A DNA stretch of 64,000 nucleotides from Macrostomum hystrix (lineage: Eukaryota > Animalia > Platyhelminthes), in assembly GCA_950097015.1 (NCBI GenBank), contig CATNEN010000038.1:9362001-9426000 (forward strand), in the 5' to 3' direction. Position numbers and translations under genes: made by a program. Positions 36,621 through 50,500 of the stretch are shown piece by piece (within the stretch, counting starts at the first letter, position 1; each line of letters starts with the position of its first letter). A model generated the notes under the pieces. The model was not told the origin of the DNA. It ran no database searches and worked only from the letters and a program-made list of their open reading frames with translations.

Positions 36621-37786
36621 ATGCTGCCCACCTGGCTGCTCCGCTGGCTGTTCGGCTCCGCTGCTGCAGCCGCCGTCATCGCCTTTCTCGTCTCGCGCCT
36701 CGCCGCTGGACGCCGCCGTCGCAACATCTGCAGCCTCAGCGGCAAGACTGTCCTCGTGACTGGCGCTTCGTCTGGTCTGGGCGAGGCCCTGGCCGTCGCT
36801 CTCTGCCGGCGAGGCGCTCGAGTCCTGCTTGCCGGACGCGACGTCGACCGACTGAAGGCGGTTCGGGCGCGGCTCGTCACGGCCAACTTGGCGTCAGAGT
36901 CGTCTAACATTGTGCGACTGGACCTGACCGCCACAGACGAGGAGCTGACCGGAGACGCCGCCAATCGGGTCTGGACCGCAGCCGGCGGTCAGCTGGACGT
37001 CCTGATCAACAATGCTGGACAGAGCTACCGCGGCGAAATTCTCGAAACTGAGATGGACGTTCACAGACGGCTCATGCAGGTGCGCGTTTGTGGATCTCAT
37101 ACTCCGTCTCTGGTCGAATTGAGTCCATCTGCGCTGAGTCTTGTTTCATATCAGAAAACTCTCCCCAATTCAAAGGTTAACTACTACGGTCACGTGGCCC
37201 TTACAACGGCCCTTTGCCGCAAAGCCCTTGACAGCGATCGCGGCCTAACGGTGGTCGGCATCAGCAGCCTCCAGGGACTCGTCAGCCAGCCGTACAGGTC
37301 TGCCTACGCCGCTTCTAAGCACGCATTTCAGGTACGACCATAAAGTGTATTGCGGAATATAAACAATGGTTTCCCTTAGGCTTGAGATTCGAACTGTCGA
37401 CCTCGGTTGACACCTGACCTCATCCTTGCACAATATTCAAATTCGATCTCCAGGCCTTCCACGACTGCCTGCGGGCGGAGCTGTCGCGACAGGGCGAGCA
37501 GTTCCGCGTGCTGACTGTCAGCCCGGCCTACATCCAGACTGGGCTGTCCGCGAACGCACTGACCGCCAGCGGCGCCGCGTACGCCAAGACTGACGCCGCC
37601 ACCGCCACCGGCATGACTGCTGAGGCCGCCGCTGAGTCTGTGCTCAACTCTGTCGAGGCCGGCGACTCGGAACTGTTGCTCGGGCCTTGGCATCTGCGCG
37701 TGGCCCCGCTGCTGAGGCGTCTGGCTCCGAGCCTCATGTTTGGCATCATGGCCAAACGGGCCTGCTCTGGCGGGGTCACTAAGTGA
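36621..37786 (+). CDS. DHRS7B: Short-chain dehydrogenase/reductase, DHRS7B-like, 3 exons
   Basis: Exons 36621-37079, 37176-37331 and 37454-37786. N-terminal membrane anchor, TGASSGLG Rossmann motif, NNAG, catalytic [12 protein letters not shown], then AFHDCLRAE and [16 protein letters not shown]. Confidence 0.9.
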
Positions 37787-38544
37787 CTCGGGGTCATTCA
37801 GTGAATTAGTGGTCATTCAGTTACTAAATGGGGTTAATTTGTGTTTTCCAAGTTCATTGCAGCAAACAGAAAGCCAGTCCCATAATTTGGGTATTTTTGT
37901 TATGCTTAGTTTATTTATACCGACACTCCAACACAGAACAGGGCATGCTTGCACTGATATGAAAATAATAAATCAAAACGAAATTGCTTTGATAAAAAAA
38001 CCGATCGTTAGCTCGTACATGCTTTCTTGATTTTGTCACTTATTTGTAAAATCGTTAGCTTAGCTTAATCCTTCAAACTATTAAGATTTGCCATTTGAAG
38101 TACAGTTGTCTGTTTGACATGAGTTCATAATAAATTTACAAAAACAATTAAACAAATTTAACAAAGTGATATTCTTGAATTAGGCATAAAATGATAAATT
38201 ATAGACACTTCAACAACAATACAGAGCTAACAATGCACAAATGTTGAATGTGAAGTTCATGCAATATTGTCCATTTTGCTACTCGTATCTTAGTACAAGT
38301 AGCAAATCTTGGTAGAATGAACGTGATCGGTTTGGTTTTTGAAAGCAAAATTAGCTCAAAATTTTCAAGAGCAAACTTATAGCATATTAATTAAAGGCCT
38401 ACTACTCAAACACAAGGATTTTAGGTATTAACTGCAACGTCTAGCCTTTGAGCTTGAGTTCTCTTGACGGAACATTAATAAGAGAGCGGTACAGTAGAAC
38501 TCTTGCACCTTAATTGCTTTAATTTTTTTAATTATCTCGAAGCG

Positions 38545-41500
38545 TCAGGCCTGAAAGATAAGCAGGTGATTAATACTGTCCTCGCAGCCACCAAATGTGG
38601 CTGATGGCGTCGACGCTGCTGAACCAGCGGCTCCTTCGTCAGCAGTCAGCGAACTCGATGAGTGTGGACCACTGGGCAGTCCGCCTCCGCCACCTCCGCC
38701 GATGCAGCTGTAGTCCTCGAACCCGGAGCCGCCGGTGACCACGGTGATCTGGGATGCCATTGTTGTGACCGGCGCTAGCGAGGCCCTCCTGCCCGCCGAA
38801 CTGAGCCGGCGCTGCAGGTGACTCGCGCTGAGAAATCCACCGCCGCCGCCACCAGTACCGCCACCAGCAACGCTGCCGAGGCTGATGGCGCTGCCGCTGC
38901 TGGAGCCGCCCGTGCTAGCTCCGCCGCCTCCGCCGCGGTATTTTTCAACGGCGGTGATAAACCGCACGTGGCCAGTGTGACCGTAGTTGAGCGCTGGGTG
39001 AATTCGGAGTTGCTAATTTATGTGTGTAAAAACCGTGCCTCTGGGCTCTCTGAGACAGTGGCCTAGCCAAGATTTTTTTCTGAGGGGGCCACGCCTAAGG
39101 GGGGCGCCACTGCCACGGGAGCGCCACTACCAGAGGGTGCCACTGCCACGGGGCGCCACTACCAGAGGGTGCCACTGCCACGGGGCGCCACTACCACGGG
39201 GGCGCCACTGCCACGGGGGCGCCATTACCACGGGGGCGCCACTACTAGAGGGCGAGGCGCCACTACCACGGGGGCGCCACTGCCACGGGGGCGCCACTAC
39301 CACGGGGGTGCCACTACCACGGGGGCGCCACTATCACGGGGGGCGCCACATAGTTTCGTCAGCCGATTAAGGAAGGCCGCGGCCCCTTGCCCCCCCCCCT
39401 TGGCTACGTCCCTGCTCTGAGACTATTCACTTGATGTATATAATTAGACTTTATTTGAAGACATGGGCAAGGGAAAGGTTAAGTGGTGGAATGATATATC
39501 AAGAAAAACACATTTAACTTTCACACAGAGCTCCTCAGATTTCTAAGACCAGTTTGGCCAAATAAAGAAAATTAGCAGCGTCATACGTGTATGTGTGTCA
39601 TGACTTCCATTGTTCAGAGATTATTTACTACTGAATTCTAAACGGGTCTAAGCATTTTTCACTACTTTCAGTAGTGCTGCATAGGCTAAAAAGTTATTTA
39701 TTCAGTGTCCCTGCTTTACCTATAGCGTTTGGCGGTTTTAGCGATCCGGCCCCGGTCGTGGACGCGACCTTTAGCACAGGAATGACCACAATGACACCAG
39801 CGCTGGTGCCAACCCAGAGAAGGTCTTTGCAGACGATCATGCAGGTGACGCGAAGGCAGGCTGTCTTGTGCTGCCTCACTATATCGTCGCAGCCTGCAAC
39901 ACAATGAGCAGCTTGACATTGTCAGCGTCGCATGACCAGCTATAGTCATGCGAATCAGATAACAAACTTACCGCTGAGCTTCTGGTTCACAGCAGCGGAC
40001 AAGTCCATCTCCAGCAGGAACTCTGCTGACAGCGCGTGGTACAGGAACACCTTCGTGGAGTTTTCCAGAGCGATCCAGACCGCATAGCCAGAGCAGACCA
40101 TGTCCTGTACGCTGCGCCTGCCGCTCTGGTGGCCCACAGTGAAGTTGGACTCGCAGCTCTCGGCTGCCGGGTTCAGCACTGTGATGTCCTTCAGCGAACC
40201 GCACCAGATTTTTCCGGCGACCGCCAGGGCTCGCCGTAGCGGCCGATGTTCCCGAACCAGGACTAGGCGCGGATTGTCCAAGTCCCAAAGGCCGTCTGCA
40301 ACGCGAAATCAGCATTTTGAAGGGGTCACTTAAGCTAGCTACAGGATACTCCTGTTTTGTAGGCCTGTTTCTTCGCTAAATGCGGTAAAGAGATGATAAT
40401 ATTAATAGTCATCTAATACTATTTATATCGTTATCTCGATACAATAGTAATCAAATTTTCACAGTAGACCTGCAGCCAGCAACGAGGCAAATTCTGCCCT
40501 CCTGCGACGAGGCAACTCCTGAGCACACACGCAGGTCATCTTCAGGCAGTATACACTTTCACTATGCCTTGGAGGTTAACCCTCAAGGGCGTAAATTACA
40601 CGACAAGCCCCCAAGCCTTCATTCTGCGGCCGCGCCCCAAATTAACGTGCCTCGATTGTGTGAAATCGATCAGGGACCTCATAGCAAGAGGCAAACGCGT
40701 AAGACTACTCTGCCACTCACCCTCCATGCATTAGCCGGGCGGGAAAAATATATGTTCTTCGAAAAAATGGACCTTTTTCAGAGTGAGCCATTTTTCAGCT
40801 TGAGTAGTACTTGGTATTTTCATGAGGTTCCTAAAACTAAAGCCAACTGCTGTAACACGAGACTGAACTAGCGCCACTCACCGGGTCGTCGTTTAAAAAC
40901 GGCAATCTCGCCGCAGTGCAGGCAGACATAGACTCGGCCATCGAGGTGAATGATGCAGCTCACTCCAGACTTCAGCTTCACCCGCTGCCGCTGCCTGCCG
41001 ACAATCTTGGACGGATCGTCGGCCGGTGCGGCGCTGCAGTACACATGCAGCCAACCATCTTCGCAGCCCAGCCACATTGTGCCCTTGTACGGATCTGTCA
41101 GCTTCCTGCTGGTTCTTCCCAGGGAACCGTACGGCGCCTCCTCGCCGCAGTTTCGTGCATCGTCTGCCAAATCAACGGATGAAGCAATAGTTGAAGCTGC
41201 CGCTGCTGCCGCTGCTGCAGCCGCCGCGGCGGCCTCTGCTTCATCTTCTGAGTCAGTCGAACTGTCCTCGTCGTCTGCCGCCAGGCTGTCTCGACTGCCT
41301 TCGTCGTTGTTGTTGCCTTTGTTGCTCCTGTTGCTGCTTCCGCTGCCATTATTGGTCTGCTCACCGTCTTCGTTTTCATCGTCGCTAGACGAATCAGCAT
41401 TGCCGCCGGAGGTCGTCGCGTCACGTGGAGGCGATGACTGAGCCAGAACCTCGTTTGTCTGGGTCGCCGTTGTGGGGGGCTCGGCGGGCGCAGCAGCCGC

Positions 41501-44500
41501 GGAAGCCTCTGCGGGAGCCTCGTGCAGAGTTTCGGAGAGCGTATGGCGCGAGCGACGGTTCTCGCTGCCTTGCCTAACGGAGCGAGCGATGAATTGCACG
41601 GCGCATCTGAATGCTGCGTACGGCTGTTCAGTCCATGGACTTGGGGGAACGCTACACCAAACCCACAATTACCCCAGCTAATGCTGGTACCCATTTTACA
41701 GCTGGGTGAACTGAAGCGTCTTGCTAAAGGACAAATTCCTTGCACAAATTCCTTTCGAACTCCCGAAACTCCCGGCCTTCAAGCCGTAATCCGACGCTCT
41801 GGCCACTAGGCTACAATCCCTCTAGGCTTTAACCACTGGTTGCTAAAAATAAAGCTTAACACTGTACTAACCGGCCGAAAAAAATGGTAAGAACTAACCT
41901 TGTACTCAACACAATGTTCTCACCTTCTGAGCAGTCCGGCATAGCCGGGCACTGAGCAGATGCAGTTGACTCGCGAGCTGCAGGCCGGCAGCGGCGCGTT
42001 GACTGCCAGCATCGGCTCCGGCTGCAGGCAGACCAGCGTCAAGCAGCTGCTGTAGCCGTCGCTGGCGCCAATCCAGACGTCGCGGTAGTTGCAGTCGCTG
42101 TAGCCCTCAGTCGGTGTGGCGCAGGTGAACTGCAAAGTCGGAGGTTCGAGTCGGTGACATTTTTCTACAATTTTTGAACGCACCAGACATCTCTCCCTAG
42201 CTGTCTCATCTTCCAAAGGCCCACCCAAGTTTCAAGTGCAACTGATTCTGATACCAATTTTACAGCTGGGTGAACTGAAGCACTCGAGAATTAAGTGAGC
42301 GTCTTGCTCGAACTTACGACCGTTTCACTCGGTCAGAATTTCGACGCTCAAACCTATAGTGGTTTAAAATGCTTTCGAAGCCTGATGTTATTTCTATCGA
42401 AAACGAAAGCCTGACAAGCAAACAGATCATGCCGACAGACATTTAGACAAACAAGCTGGCGGGGGCAATTTTCACATTTCTGTGTAACTGCGCACTTCTG
42501 GGTCCTTGCCGGTCAAAAGAATTTCCGAATCAAGTCGGAGGGATTCTTCCTACAGCATTCCCTGCCTGGACTTCGGACCAAGGGGGCCGAGGGTGTTCAG
42601 TTGCTCCTCTCCCCATTTCCATGGTCTCCCCTGCAAGCCTACTGTCTTGTGGCCAGAAGTTTTGGCAGATTTTGGGTTATATGCCGCCGATTCGGATGCA
42701 GACAATTCGGAATAAATTGCGTCCGTCCGTCAATGCCCGTAATATGGTAGCCAGAACAGCCGATGCCCGCTCCGCCGCCCCACAACTTGTTTCTGTATCG
42801 TTGCGCTTGCGGGTGGGCGCCTTTGTAGGAGCGGCCAAGACATCGAATTACGGCCGAAACAGGCGCAACTTTTTTTTGCTTTCGGCAAAGCGCCTACTGT
42901 GTGAAGAAATTCCGTTTCTCTCCTCGTTTTGCTCCTGGCTAACTGCAGGCGCAACACTTTCAGTGCTGCACTGAAATTGGCCAATATTTCGGCCCAAGGA
43001 GATTGCAAACTGGTATGTTGCGATGGGTAGCAGGGGTCGGCAACCCACGGCCCGCGGGCCAGAAGCGGCACTCGAAGTAGCCAAAAGTCTCACCGCCTTT
43101 CATATGTCTCATCTCTTCCCTGTCTCATCTCTCCCACGTCTTATCTCTCCCTTTCCTCATCTCTCCCCTGTCTTATATCACCCCTGTCTCATCTCTCCTC
43201 TGAAGCACTAGAGAATTAAATGAGCGTCTTGCTCGACAATACAAAATTGAACTCAAGATTCAAACTTACGACCGTTTCACTCGGTCAGAATTTCGAGGCT
43301 CAAACCCAAAGTGGTTTAACATGTTTCTTTCGAAGCGTGATGTTCTTTTATCGATAACCGATGGTCGGATGACTAACGTAATTGTACTTTTGATACAATT
43401 TACCCCAAACTTTTGAATCCAACTAGCTCCTGGCTCGTGGCTGCTTTTTTAATCCGAAATCGAAAATTCCCCGTTGCAAGTTTTGTTGGCCGACTTTTGC
43501 TCTGCTTTGCGAGATAATTTTTTACAGTCTTAGGTAATAAAAGTGTAGTTGGACGGAACGTGCTTTACTCGTTTTTAACGCCAAACAAGAAAGTTTTAGA
43601 GGCTGCGGTTTTTTTCGATGCGATGGGGAGGTGAGACAGTTAAACGCACTAACGGACCGACTGCCACACTGATACCTGTGCGTTTGATACACTGATACAT
43701 GTGCGTCTGATACACTGACACTTGTGCGTTTGATACACTGACACCTGTGCGTTTGATACACTGACACCTGTGCGTTTGATACACTGACACCTGTGCATTT
43801 GATACACTGATATATGTACACCTGATTCACTGATACCTGTGTGTTTTATACACTGATAGCTGTACACCTGATACCTGATACTGGTACATTTGATGCACTG
43901 ATAAATGTACATTTGATACTATGATACTTGTTCATCAGATGTACATTATTGTGTGCACCTGAATGTAATGATTAGTGTACTCACCTGCATTCCCGGTCTG
44001 GCCTTTGCGATCTGGAGTGACTGCATAAAGTCCGGCGTCTGCGCGCTCTTGTACATGAGCTTCATCTTGGCGTCAAGGAAGCTGTTTTCCCACTGGCAGC
44101 GCTTGTCACCGGAGGCGAAGGCCAGAGTGTAGCTGGCGATGCCCTCCGGGCTCGTCGTCAACAGGTCAAGCCGGTTTTTGGCCGGGCCGCCAGCGCCACC
44201 GCGGCTGCCGTCGAAGCCGGAGCCTGAGGCGAGCTCGCTCAGCTCCTGACGCCTCGTCTCCTCAAGCTGCCGATTGAGCAGTCCGAGGACCTCTTTCATG
44301 CTGCTGTCCAGATTCTTTTGGGCAGTTTGCGAATTATTGGAGGATGAGTTGCGTAAATTTCCCAACAGGGAATCGAGTTCCTCAAAGCTAATTCAAATTA
44401 ATTAACAGCCTTACCAGGTGTTTGTTGTGCAGCTTTGATCCCAGATCCAGCATCTCCAGCAGGATTCCCCGATCCTCTTCCAGTCTCTCCAGATCCTCCT

Positions 44501-47500
44501 GGGACTTTTTCGCAGCCTGCCGTTGCTTGCCGCGACTGATTTCGATGGACTCGAGACCGAGGCGGAGCCAAACCTTGTACTTGTAGCTGGAGTCCAGGAA
44601 GTCCTGACCGCTGGCACATTGACTGCGATGCGATGACAAAATATTAAATAAAGATAGAAAACTAAAGGCAATGGCACAGGGTGTTAAGGAATGACACTGG
44701 ATGTTAAGGAATGACACAGGATGCTACGGAATGACACAGGATGCTACGGAATGACACAGGATGCTACGGAATGACACAGGATGCTACGGAATGACACAGG
44801 ATGCTACGGAAAGACACAGGATGCTACGGAATGACACAGGATGTTAAGGAATGACACTGGTTGTTAAGGAATGACAAGGATGCTAAGGAATGACACTGGA
44901 TGTTAAGGAATGACACAGGATGTTAAGGAATGACACTGGTTGTTAAGGAATGACAAGGATGTTAAGGAATGACACTGGATGTTAAGGAATGACACAGGAT
45001 GTTAAGGAATGACACAGGATGTTAAGGAATGACACTGGTTGTTAAGGAATGACAAGGATGTTAAGGAATGACACTGGATGTTAAGGAATGACACAGGATG
45101 TTAAGGAATGACACAGGATGTTAAGGAATGACACTGGTTGTTAAGGAATGACACTGGGTGTTAAGGAATGACACTGGGTGTTAAGGAATGACAAGGATGT
45201 TCAGAATGACAGATTTATCCTGGGGCTATGAAATTTACGGAACTTACAGCCGAATGACTGCCCTCCTGCCGGCCTGAGGTCCGACACGTTTCTTCATTGC
45301 GGCGAATACAAGCTGGTCTGAGAACAGGAACAGGCAGCACGTCTCTTTGCGGCCCTCGATTTGAACGACGTCGTGCCGCAGGTACTCGCGTCTCGGTGAC
45401 GACAGCTAGCAAATTTGGGAGGGTGATATATTTAGGTCAATTGAATCGACCTAGAAGTGGATTATAATATTAATAATTGCAGGATGGCTGCGGGCAATGG
45501 CACATCATTTGGTGACTCTAGATATGCAGCAGAGAGGAAGCAATTTTGCTCGTTTCTCTGACTCCTGAGCACACACGCACACAGATACTGTACACAGGCG
45601 CATGCTCATACAGGTGTGTACATCTGCCATGACTTTCTCATTGTCAGGCAGTGTACACTCTCACTGTGCCTCTCGCACCATGGTCCCTGAGCTCGATTCC
45701 GCGGCGAGTCCACATTTATTTGGGGCGCAGCCGCGCAGAGAAGTCTTGGAGGCTTGTCGTGCAATTTGCGACCTTGAGGGCCAACCTCCAAGGCACAGTG
45801 ACAGTGTACACTGCTAGACTATGGGAAAGTCAGGGCAGATGTACTCACCTGTGTGAGCGTGTGCCTGTGTACAGTATCTTTGTGCGTGTGTGCTCAGGAG
45901 TCAGCGAAATGGGCAGACTTCTCGCTAGCTGCGGGTCTAGTGTCACCAATGGCAATGGCTATGTGCCATTTAAACCAGATGTACAGCCAGCGAACAGCCG
46001 AGCTATTGTGCGCAGCTTGCAAACACAAAGACTGTACTGTTTGCTCAGTCCAGGGACTTGGAAGACCGCCGCATCCTCACCCTAGTTTCTCATTGCTGGT
46101 TTCTCTTTTCTAATTGCTGGTTACCTTTGGGGATTGAGGTGCTCACGGAGTAGAAGAGCGGCGAGACTAATTACACAGGTGCACTTTACACAAGCTGGGG
46201 ATAAAAAGTCGGCATTGATGTTCAGTCATCAAGGATTGAGTGCATGCTTGCCTACTTATCACTTTGCATGTGTGTGTGGTACATTGGGGAGCCGATATGG
46301 CGGGAAAAATCTATTCAATTCCAGCCGCCCCTCACGTCGGTGAGCAGCAGCAGGCCCTCCAGCAGTCGCATGCTCTCCAAGGCGCCCTCCGTCTGTTGCG
46401 ACTCCTTCAACGAGTTGATCTTCAACGCCAGCTCGTGCACCACCGACTCGGCCTGCTTCAGCTGGTCGCTGTCCGGATGGCTGGTGGGTGTGTGCTCAAT
46501 CAGCCTCTGTAACAGGTTTTGGAAACACGAAGCTGAGCGTTGAGTAGAGAAGCAAAAAGCTGCAATTTACGCGGTTGAGGGCCGAAACCTACGGTGACAT
46601 GCCGCCTTACGCAAGATCGAAACTATAAAAACAGATTTTGAACTCGCCCAATGATGCTATCACAGGACCATCTGATCAGACCAGGAACATCTCGTTTTAT
46701 CAGCTTTCAGTTTTCCCTTACTTTGCCGAGTCTATTTACAAAAGAGCTGCTAATTGAAAATCTTTCACTTTAAAGGTTTCTTGTACGTTGATCAGCGCTG
46801 AGCTAAGACTTCCGTGGCTACAGGAATTAGATGTATTTTTGGAGATTAAGATTCTCAGACGATGCCTGTGAAAGGCGGATTCTACGAGCTAAACACCCGA
46901 TGCAAATCAGATTTCCTGTTCCACCAATTGTGAGCCGGTGCCTTTCGTAGGAAATTATTTTCCTCTAATTATGCCCGCTAATTTACCCTCAACGCTTGCA
47001 CAAAGCTTTCCTTTGGTTATATTATTTTAGATGTATTTTACAAGCTTTATCAGCTCTGCGTATCCCTACAGTCTAAGGTATCTAAAGGCAAAGAAGAAAT
47101 GTGAGACTCAACTAGCCGCAGCTTACCCGCAGCAGGAGTTCGTAACGCGGCACCCTTTGAACTGGCTTGATGATCAGCGACTTCAGGGGCAGCCGGCGTT
47201 TGTTTTCCCGTTGAATTTGCTGTCAACGATTTGTAGATGAGGTATTGAGTATGCGAGACCAACCAACCAACCAACCAACCAACCAACCAACCAACCAACC
47301 AACCAACCAACCAACCAACCAACCAACCAACCAACCAACCTCAACAAATCGTTGGAAGGATGACTTCTGTTGCGTAGCCGTCTCCAATGCCTTCTCCGAT
47401 CGGTTGAAATTCTCGATAAAGGCGCAGTAGCACTCGGCAACGCTTTCTTTACGAAACTGTAATCGGATTATGAGTGTCAGTCATGAAATTTAGTTATCAA

Positions 47501-50500
47501 CAGTCGTCACAACTCAGGCTGAACGATCTGCAAGATTAAGATCTCACCATTGCTGAGATCTGCTCTCCTATCGCAGTTTCGTCTGTCCAGTTGGTCCAGG
47601 AGCTTTCAAGCATGTTCAGAAATATCGAATGATGAGCATACATCTCGGGCACTCGATAAAATATTTCGTCAACAACGCTTGAGTCCAAAACGCCTGTCAC
47701 CTTCAGCGGTATGATGTACTTCTGCATGTGATGATTGGTATTAAATTTGTATGAAAAAACTTTTAAGAACCCAATTTATTCTATCGAAACATTAAATATC
47801 AAACAGTGAAGCTGTACTTTATTAACGTACTGTTGCTTACCTCGACTAGAGTCTGTAAAGCCTCAACGTAGTCCTTTTCAACCTCAACTAGCTCCATTAC
47901 TATGTGGTACCTCTTGTCCTGAAATTCAAATATTGATAGGTCAAGATTTGTTTTATATAGAAATCTCACGTGTGTAAATAAACCATATGCGCCAGCATTT
48001 TTTGATTATTGGGATCCTGTCCGCAAGCGTTTGCATGACTGAGATCATGTCCGCAAGTGTTTTCATGAACTGTGATCATGTCCGCAAGCGTTTGCATGAC
48101 TGAGATCATGTCCGCAAGCGTTTTCATGACTGAGATCATGTCCACAAGCGTTTTCATGACTGAGATCATGTCTGCAAGTGTTTTCATGAACTGTGATCAT
48201 GTCCGCAAGTGTTTTCATGAACTGTGATCATGTCTGCAAGCGTTTTCATGACTGAGGTCATGTCCGCAAGTGTTTTCATGAACTGTGATCATGTCTGCAA
48301 GCATTTTCATGACTGAGGTCATGTCCGCAAGTGTTTTCATGAACTGTGATCATGTCCACAAGCGTTTTCATGACAGAGATCATGTCCACAAGCGTTTTCA
48401 TGACAGAAATCATGTCCACAAGCGTTTTCATGACAGAAATCATGTCCAAAAGCGTTTTCATGACAGAAATCATGTCCACAAGCGTTTTCATGACAGAAAT
48501 CATGTCCACAAGCGTTTTCATGACAGAAATCATGTCCACAAGCGTTTTCATGACAGAAATCATGTCCACAAGCGTTTTCATGACAGAAATCATGTCCAAA
48601 AGCGTTTTCATGACATAGATCATGTCCACAAGCGTTTTCATGACAGAGATCATGTCCACAAGCGTTTTCATGACAGAGATCATGTCCACAAGCGTTTTCA
48701 TGACAGAGATCATGTCCACAAGCGTTTTCATGACAGAGATCATGTCCACAAGCGTTTTCATGACAGAAATCATGTCCACAAGCGTTTTCATGACAGAAAT
48801 CATGTCCAAAAGCGTTTTCATGACAGAGATCATGTCCACAAGCGTTTTCATGACAGAAATCATGTCCACAAGCGTTTTCATGACAGAAATCATGTCCACA
48901 AGCGTTTTCATGACAGAAATCATGTCCACAAGCGTTTTCATGACAGAAATCATGTCCAAAAGCGTTTTCATGACAGAAATCATGTCCAAAAGCGTTTTCA
49001 TGACAGAGATCATGTCCACAAGCGTTTTCATGACAGAGATCATGTCCACAAGCGTTTTCATGACAGAGATCATGTCCACAAGCGTTTTCATGACAGAGAT
49101 CATGTCCACAAGCGTTTTCATGACTGAGATCATGTCCACAAGCGTTTTCATGACAGAAATCATGTCCACAAGCGTTTTCATGACAGAGATCATGTCCACA
49201 AGCGTTTTCATGACAGAAATCATGTCCACAAGCGTTTTCATGACAGAAATCATGTCCACAAGCGTTTTCATGACAGAAATCATGTCCACAAGCGTTTTCA
49301 TGACAGAGATCATGTCCACAAGCGTTTTCATGACAGAAATCATGTCCACAAGCGTTTTCATGACAGAAATCATGTCCAAAAGCGTTTTCATGACATAGAT
49401 CATGTCCACAAGCGTTTTCATGACAGAGATCATGTCCACAAGCGTTTTCATGACAGAGATCATGTCCACAAGCGTTTTCATGACAGAGATCATGTCCACA
49501 AGCGTTTTCATGACAGAGATCATGTCCACAAGCGTTTTCATGACTGAGATCATGTCCACAAGCGTTTTCATGACAGAAATCATGTCCACAAGCGTTTTCA
49601 TGACAGAGATCATGTCCACAAGCGTTTTCATGACAGAAATCATGTCCACAAGCGTTTTCATGACAGAAATCATGTCCACAAGCGTTTTCATGACAGAAAT
49701 CATGTCCACAAGCGTTTTCATGACAGAGATCATGTCCACAAGCGTTTTCATGACAGAAATCATGTCCACAAGCGTTTTCATGACAGAAATCATGTCCGCA
49801 AGTGTTTTCATGACAGAGATCATGTCCACAAGCGTTTTCATGACAGAGATCATGTCCACAAGCGTTTTCATGACAGAGATCATGTCCACAAGCGTTTTCA
49901 TGACAGAGATCATGTCCACAAGCGTTTTCATGACAGAAATCATGTCCACAAGCGTTTTCATGACAGAGATCATGTCCACAAGCGTTTTCATGACTGAAAT
50001 CATGTCCACAAGCGTTTTCATGACAGAGATCATGTCCACAAGCGTTTTCATGACAGAGATCATGTCCACAAGCGTTTTCATGACAGAGATCATGTCCACA
50101 AGCGTTTTCATGACAGAGATCATGTCCACAAGCGTTTTCATGACAGAAATCATGTCCACAAGCGTTTTCATGACAGAGATCATGTCCACAAGCGTTTTCA
50201 TGACTGAAATCATGTCCGCAAGTGTTTTCATGAACTGTGATCATGTCCGGTAATGTATTTTTGTCTGGGATCATGCTGGATGTGTTTATGACTGTAATTT
50301 TGGCTGTGCATCCAATAGGTCAGTTATAATTAGGTAAGTTGCTAAGTGCGTCACAAAATTTTTCTAACTTTTCTGTCAATAATTTAGCTACTATGGAAAG
50401 CCAAAAGACTGACTGTCACATCAAACTGTCCGGCAAGATAATTTCTAAGAAGCAAAAATGCTTTCGTCTAAATTTACTCGAAATTATTTCATCCTATGCG

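Noticed and set aside
44381-44414. 27-34-nt micro-intron in ARHGEF17
   Set aside because: The TAG acceptor is out of phase; recalled homology favours a 100-nt intron ending at AAG 44315.
48276-50274. 645-651-aa repetitive ORFs
   Set aside because: Translations of a 30-bp intronic minisatellite.
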